Shown here: in pieces, positions 59,106 to 64,000 of the stretch
How the letters are laid out: every line of letters starts with the position of its first letter
Position numbering within the stretch: position 1 is the first letter of the stretch
Source of the DNA: Treponemataceae bacterium
GTDB taxonomy: Bacteria > Spirochaetota > Spirochaetia > Treponematales > Rectinemataceae
Length of the DNA: 64,000 nucleotides
Reading direction: 5' to 3'
Assembly: GCA_963667725.2 (NCBI GenBank)
Contig: CAXXHO010000005.1
Span: 1,024,001 to 1,088,000 of the forward strand
Notes under the pieces: generated by a model
Seen by the model: the letters and a program-made list of their open reading frames with translations, nothing else
Database searches by the model: none
Told to the model about the DNA's origin: nothing
Position numbers and translations under genes: made by a program

Positions 59106-62100
59106 CTAATTATCTTTATCATTAGCGGAACGTAGCGACTTAATCCATAGTTTTAAGCCTGGAAACCAATGTCCAATATCCCATAACACAAGCTTTGCTA
59201 TGGACGTCGTTACCAAACCAACGAAGACTTTTGAAGCGGCATTTAAAATAGCACTCCATAGTGCGCTACTAAGCAATGCAGGCTTTGCATATTCACAAGT
59301 CATAAGTAACAAGAAAGTTGTAGTAGCGAATAATCCATCGTATAGTAGCATCATTTTCCCAGAGTAGAGATATGACAGCTTAAATCCAAATAAATTACCG
59401 GACTTTAGATCAGAAAGAAGCGAATTGAGCCCTTCATCTGGAATGACCAGACTCACAATAGTATTTGAATGTAAATCCCATGAACAATGGTACTTGCTAA
59501 AAGGAAATCTGTTTGTGAGAGGAAATCCAGATAGCGAAAGTTTTTTTACGATCATACTTCTATGAAAGAACGATTTGCACTTGATATCAGGAGGGAAATA
59601 ATTCTGGCCGTTGGCAACCCCAAAATTTCGTTTTATTCGTAAATACTTTCTAATGTTTTTAAAATCACGTGCAAGAATTTTTATTTCTTCACCTAAGTGA
59701 ATACCACTACTTGTTTGAATTATTTCATCATTGTTCTGTAATGCTTCCAATGCCGATTTAACATGTAGCTCGAGTTCATCTTCTATTCGTGGAATTCTAA
59801 TCAAACAAGCGTGAGCCAAGTTCTTGAATACTAGTTTTGGTATAATTCCACCATCGCTGATCTGCATACTGTTATTTTCAACATGAACTTCGAAGAAAAG
59901 GAGAATTCGTAGCATTATCAAACTGAGGGTAGGAGCCCATACATCTTGATTTTCTTCATATTTAGTTTCTATAGGATAAAGCGCTTTTGCCTGTAAAATT
60001 TCTGACTGTCTATAATCTCTTTCATAGCCAGCAGCATTAACGTGAATAAGTTCGCAAGAAGCTGGAATTTCTATTCTATTTAGATCTATTTTTTTATGTA
60101 GACATGTACTTAATGTCAAGGTTTCAATGCTAACAATCGAAAAAAGCATTAGATGAATTATCAGATCTAAATAATTCGAATCAAGGATACTTTCAATTGA
60201 CTTGCATTTAAGGTTCATGGTCATGTTTAAAAGCTGTCTACTAATCCAATGGAGCTGTCTTATCGGTGAAGTTGATAGTACGAGACGATTCCGATATGGA
60301 AATATTTGAATTGTCTCACGATTGCAGGCCTCACGAAGATGAGAGGCTTGGTCACTGACCGTACCTAATACTCCATACCATGATATATAGCTATTATATC
60401 GCTTATATAAGGACGCCTTTAATCTTTCTTTCATGTATAGGTTTAAAAATTGATCTTTGCCTTCTTTTGAAGCAATGATTAACTGTTCAATAATATATTC
60501 AAAGCGAGCACATGAGTATGCATCAGAAGAAGCTCTTGCAGACATATTCTTAATAAATAAAGATAGAAAGGACTCAATTCCTGAGTGGTCTTTCTTCAGA
60601 TATTCTTTTAATGAATGTGCATCACAAAACAGAAGGCTTGATAAAAACATCCCAACCATTCTAGATATGTCTGCTTCTTCGTCACCAATTGCGACTCCAT
60701 CAATTAGATAGGGTGAACGAAGACTCTTCCCAAGGGTTCTAAATACTATCGTATCGCCACTTTCATTTATTAGTAGATTGTCAGCTTGGATAAGCGGCGC
60801 TTTATTAATAACCCGATAGAAGTAACATGCTTTTTTATAGACCTGTACAGCAATACGTAACGCATACAGAATTGATTCGCTATTTAATTGAAAATCACTC
60901 TTTGAAAAAAGCTTTAGTCCTTTTGTATGTAAATATTTTAAATTAATTTCATCACTTCCACTATCATAAAGAAATAAGAGTGTTGGAAGAACTTTCTTTT
61001 CGGATAAATCCTCAAGTGCAATTTTAATGCTATCTAGATCATGTGGAATATACTGTTTAAATTTAGAGACAGGAATAAGCTCAAGACAATCATATTCTGC
61101 AGACTGGCCGATATATTCAAAAAGAAAACATTCATTGTATCTATCAAGATCTTTATGTGATTTAATAAAAGAACTTCCTTCAGAATCAGGGAAGGCATCA
61201 CCTAAAATGCGCACAAGACCTAATTTAAGAACACGTTTTATTTCTTGATCAGGAATTTGGTCATAGAGAGCCTTTAAATTTTCAATTTGGCTGCGTCCGG
61301 CTTCTGAACGTAAATCGAATAATTTTGTACTTAGTATTGAGATGATAGATGGTTTCAATTTTGGATATAAGCCAATAAACTTTAGCATGTGATCAAGTAA
61401 GTCGGACCAATTGCTAGCCGATATAATAGCAGAGCACACCGTAGGCAGAATTATTTCGTCTCCATTTTCTATTATATTGCAAAGATACTTTCCGTCTAAA
61501 TAAGTTTGTTGACTATTGCTCAGAGTCCCTAACAAAATGGATTTTATATAGCTTTTGCATTTAGGATTTACTAGTTCCCTAATAGCGGCCTTTTCATCAT
61601 ATCCAAGGGATAGGTATGAAAACTCGCCAATCCATTTCCCAATTAAAAAATGTTCATCTGCTGGTACGTATCTCTTGATATATGTAACAGATGATAAGCA
61701 AAGTTTTTCGTTTAGGTTAAGTCTATTGCCGATAGCAATTGCAAATCCACGTAGAAATACATACTCATCTTGGACAGCTTTCGTTGTTAATGCTTCAAGC
61801 AACTTTTCATGATTTCCACTTGATAAGTAAGCCCCGTAAAGGCTTAATATGAAATAGACCTTATGTACTGGCTGCATTAAATTATATAGATCAATTAGCT
61901 CTTTATCGTTTGGACTTAGCTCAAGGAGACGATAGAAGACCATTTTTAGTTTCTTAGGATAGAACCAGTTACGCTCAATTAAGTAATTAACAATTGCCCA
62001 TACTTTCCCTCGAAGCGGATGTGAAATAAGCGATTTTTCTGTAACAACATAAAGGAGTGAAGGCATATAGCAATTTAGTTCAAGGAGTTCATCAATTGTA

Positions 62101-64000
62101 GCTGGCGAGACTTGATGTCTTTCTATAGCCTTTGAGAAATCTGAGACAACGTTGTGATTAAGATTTTTTAGCTGCCGCGTCCCCTCTAGAATTCCATACT
62201 GAATCTGATCAAGCGACCATCTTACACGTGATTCGTCGGCATTGGGAATAATTGTCGGTTTTTTATCTTCAGCGTCTGAAAGTTCAAGGCCAAGTTCTTT
62301 TAGATATTTTACAACTTCCAGTAAACCTCGCTCAGCTTCTTCAGTAGAATCAAAAAATAAAAATAAGTCATCAACATAGCGATAATATTCTGTCGCATTG
62401 CGATCTATGTATTTATCAAAATCATTCAAATATAGATTTGCTAAGACCCGAGCATAGGCAGGACCTTGTGGCAAACCTCTTGCTTCATTCTTATCGTAAC
62501 GATAACTTTCGATAACTTTACATATATACTCAAAAATATATTGATCATTGATTGTTGACCGCAATTGCTCTACAAGTATTTCATGCACTACATGGTCGTA
62601 GTATCCTTTAATATCGCAGCAAATATGGAACCCATTCGGATTGCGATGGAGAGCACTTAATATATGACTACGAAAGCTTGGATAAGATTCTCGCCAATCA
62701 TAAAAAATGTTGTTTGTTTGTTTAGCATCAAAATTCCACCTGTACCCATATGATGAATCTTGAAAATCGAGCTCAATAAGTGGTGCGATGACATTGAATA
62801 CTGCCTGAATTGGTACCTGATCATAAACAGTTGAATATGCCATCTTGCGATTTACCATACTGTAATCAGAGTCCAATTTCTTGGGGATTTCGACAGTGAG
62901 ATAGCCTCCGAATGGCATTATAGTTTTTTCTCTTAAGATGGCAGCAAAGATCTCGCAATTAGACGAAAGGTCCTTCTGAAATTGTTCAAAATCAAAGGGA
63001 TCAAAGAAGAGCGAATCCTCATACTCATGGTAAGCCTTTAGCTGGAAGAAGCTCCTTCTAATATTGCTTGTCATCCCGATTTGCTCTGATAAATTCTCAT
63101 ATTCTAGAGGAGTTTCGCTGCGAAGCTTCGTCAACCACACTGAACATGGAGTCGTGGTTCTGAGTAGAGGATCAGTGTTTCTTTTACGTATACCTTCGCG
63201 GCAGTATCCAGGACATATAGTCTGCTCTACGAGTGATGCGCAACTCGTAGGAAGAAGCAGACGAATTCTTTCAATCTCGCTCAAAGTTTTTTTTTCGTTA
63301 TATCCTAGACCATAGGAATCCTGTAATGTCTTGATAATATAGCTCTGTCCTTGATCCGCTGAAAGTAAAGTATTAGTAAAGTGAAATGCTTCGGTATACG
63401 TTAGCTCCAGACTTTTTTTTGCTTTAGCGTGAATTCTTCCAATAGCAGCACAGCGATTAGTGAGAATTTTAATATCACCTTTATAGAGCGAGCGAAGCAA
63501 TTCTCGTTCTGGTGGCTCTATATCTAACCTTTTAGTTTGCTTAAATGTCCCAGGGTTTTCCCTAATTGTTGTGATAATGACTGATGCTTCTAATGGAATT
63601 ACTTTAGCTAACAGATCCAAATTTCGTTCAATGTTATCCTCATAAATAGGATTACTACCAGATAAGGTAAAAAAAACACTGCGAGCTTTATATTTTCTGT
63701 GAATCCCTAACGGGAGCTTTATTAAATTACCTAGTTTTCTTTTGGAGCTAAGCTGCCCTTGTTTTGGGAAAAACTCAATTTCGAATGTTAAATATTTTTT
63801 TAAAACTGAACTGAAAGCAATTGCATTATCGCCTGACACTGCCTCATTTAGAAATATCCAAATGTGGTATCCCCTGCCACCAGTTTCCTCTAGCAATAGA
63901 GCTGCCTGTGGAATCTTAAGGCGCTCAGTCAAGACAATAATTGTATCCTGTAATTTTTTTCCTAGATAGCTAAATTTTTCAGTACGATTTTTAAATTCCA
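59106..64000 (-). CDS. Giant primase-polymerase (AEP)-reverse transcriptase fusion protein, 5'-truncated by the window end
   Basis: AEP motifs TGGRGYHIWIF and EFFPKQ..GNLIKLPLGIH; Cys cluster; RT motifs IPKK..R, SYGYR, DIKGYYD, GLPQGP..ANLYL, YRYVDD; frame stays open from 63932 to 64000. Confidence 0.9.
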   Translation of the reverse strand, partial: EFKNRTEKFSYLGKKLQDTIIVLTERLKIPQAALLLEETGGRGYHIWIFLNEAVSGDNAIAFSSVLKKYLTFEIEFFPKQGQLSSKRKLGNLIKLPLGIHRKYKARSVFFTLSGSNPIYEDNIERNLDLLAKVIPLEASVIITTIRENPGTFKQTKRLDIEPPERELLRSLYKGDIKILTNRCAAIGRIHAKAKKSLELTYTEAFHFTNTLLSADQGQSYIIKTLQDSYGLGYNEKKTLSEIERIRLLLPTSCASLVEQTICPGYCREGIRKRNTDPLLRTTTPCSVWLTKLRSETPLEYENLSEQIGMTSNIRRSFFQLKAYHEYEDSLFFDPFDFEQFQKDLSSNCEIFAAILREKTIMPFGGYLTVEIPKKLDSDYSMVNRKMAYSTVYDQVPIQAVFNVIAPLIELDFQDSSYGYRWNFDAKQTNNIFYDWRESYPSFRSHILSALHRNPNGFHICCDIKGYYDHVVHEILVEQLRSTINDQYIFEYICKVIESYRYDKNEARGLPQGPAYARVLANLYLNDFDKYIDRNATEYYRYVDDLFLFFDSTEEAERGLLEVVKYLKELGLELSDAEDKKPTIIPNADESRVRWSLDQIQYGILEGTRQLKNLNHNVVSDFSKAIERHQVSPATIDELLELNCYMPSLLYVVTEKSLISHPLRGKVWAIVNYLIERNWFYPKKLKMVFYRLLELSPNDKELIDLYNLMQPVHKVYFILSLYGAYLSSGNHEKLLEALTTKAVQDEYVFLRGFAIAIGNRLNLNEKLCLSSVTYIKRYVPADEHFLIGKWIGEFSYLSLGYDEKAAIRELVNPKCKSYIKSILLGTLSNSQQTYLDGKYLCNIIENGDEIILPTVCSAIISASNWSDLLDHMLKFIGLYPKLKPSIISILSTKLFDLRSEAGRSQIENLKALYDQIPDQEIKRVLKLGLVRILGDAFPDSEGSSFIKSHKDLDRYNECFLFEYIGQSAEYDCLELIPVSKFKQYIPHDLDSIKIALEDLSEKKVLPTLLFLYDSGSDEINLKYLHTKGLKLFSKSDFQLNSESILYALRIAVQVYKKACYFYRVINKAPLIQADNLLINESGDTIVFRTLGKSLRSPYLIDGVAIGDEEADISRMVGMFLSSLLFCDAHSLKEYLKKDHSGIESFLSLFIKNMSARASSDAYSCARFEYIIEQLIIASKEGKDQFLNLYMKERLKASLYKRYNSYISWYGVLGTVSDQASHLREACNRETIQIFPYRNRLVLSTSPIRQLHWISRQLLNMTMNLKCKSIESILDSNYLDLIIHLMLFSIVSIETLTLSTCLHKKIDLNRIEIPASCELIHVNAAGYERDYRQSEILQAKALYPIETKYEENQDVWAPTLSLIMLRILLFFEVHVENNSMQISDGGIIPKLVFKNLAHACLIRIPRIEDELELHVKSALEALQNNDEIIQTSSGIHLGEEIKILARDFKNIRKYLRIKRNFGVANGQNYFPPDIKCKSFFHRSMIVKKLSLSGFPLTNRFPFSKYHCSWDLHSNTIVSLVIPDEGLNSLLSDLKSGNLFGFKLSYLYSGKMMLLYDGLFATTTFLLLMTCEYAKPALLSSALWSAILNAASKVFVGLVTTSIAKLVLWDIGHWFPGLKLWIKSLRSANDKDN

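Larger units (their letters stand above)
56860..64000. mobile_element. Left edge of a lower-GC accessory/defence island (extends beyond window)
   Basis: Abrupt fall in GC and codon-usage change after yjfF, with a second drop at ~59000; defence-type cargo; no integrase or att site seen. Confidence 0.6.

Noticed and set aside
59106..64000. Group II intron, retron or DGR interpretation of the RT
   Set aside because: No maturase/HNH region, no retron VTG signature noticed, no TR/VR repeat pair or intron domain V seen; the fused primase and long C-terminus do not fit. Upstream sequence is not visible.
56850..64000. CRISPR array or cas genes near the CAPP-like primase
   Set aside because: No repeat-spacer pattern or cas gene within the window; cannot be excluded beyond 64000.
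1..64000. tRNA, rRNA, riboswitch or IS elements
   Set aside because: None recognised; intergenic gaps are short and explained by promoters or hairpins. A covariance-model search was not run.

Overview
About 57 kb of GC-rich bacterial chromosome (gene content suggests an anaerobic, possibly spirochaete-like fermenter; inference only), followed by the edge of a lower-GC accessory island (~56.88 kb to the window end). The host part contains a Ugp-like ABC transporter with an MBL hydrolase and a LacI-SBP fusion regulator, an HD-GYP signalling protein, two acyltransferases and asnA. It also has a sigma54/PrpR-like-controlled carboxylate catabolic operon (2-hydroxyacid dehydrogenase, PrpF-family isomerase, TctBAC, RraA/HMG-aldolase, aconitase), an Opp system with an M14 peptidase, and a second TctCBA with an atypical M24-fold hydrolase. 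A ~20 kb plant-wall/hydroxyproline region follows (PL9 lyase, CBM77-like protein, GH127, DUF3798 SBP, PepP, GntR, HypD plus activase, araD, YtfQRT/YjfF). The stand-out is the island. It carries a >1608-aa gene that runs off the window end and fuses an AEP primase-polymerase, a Cys-rich primase C-terminal domain, an intact YVDD reverse transcriptase, a helical region, an apparent pseudokinase and C-terminal hydrophobic helices. A RelE-like/UvrD helicase fusion lies directly downstream. This pair is a candidate new RT-based anti-phage system. All calls come from reading motifs by eye; no searches were run.
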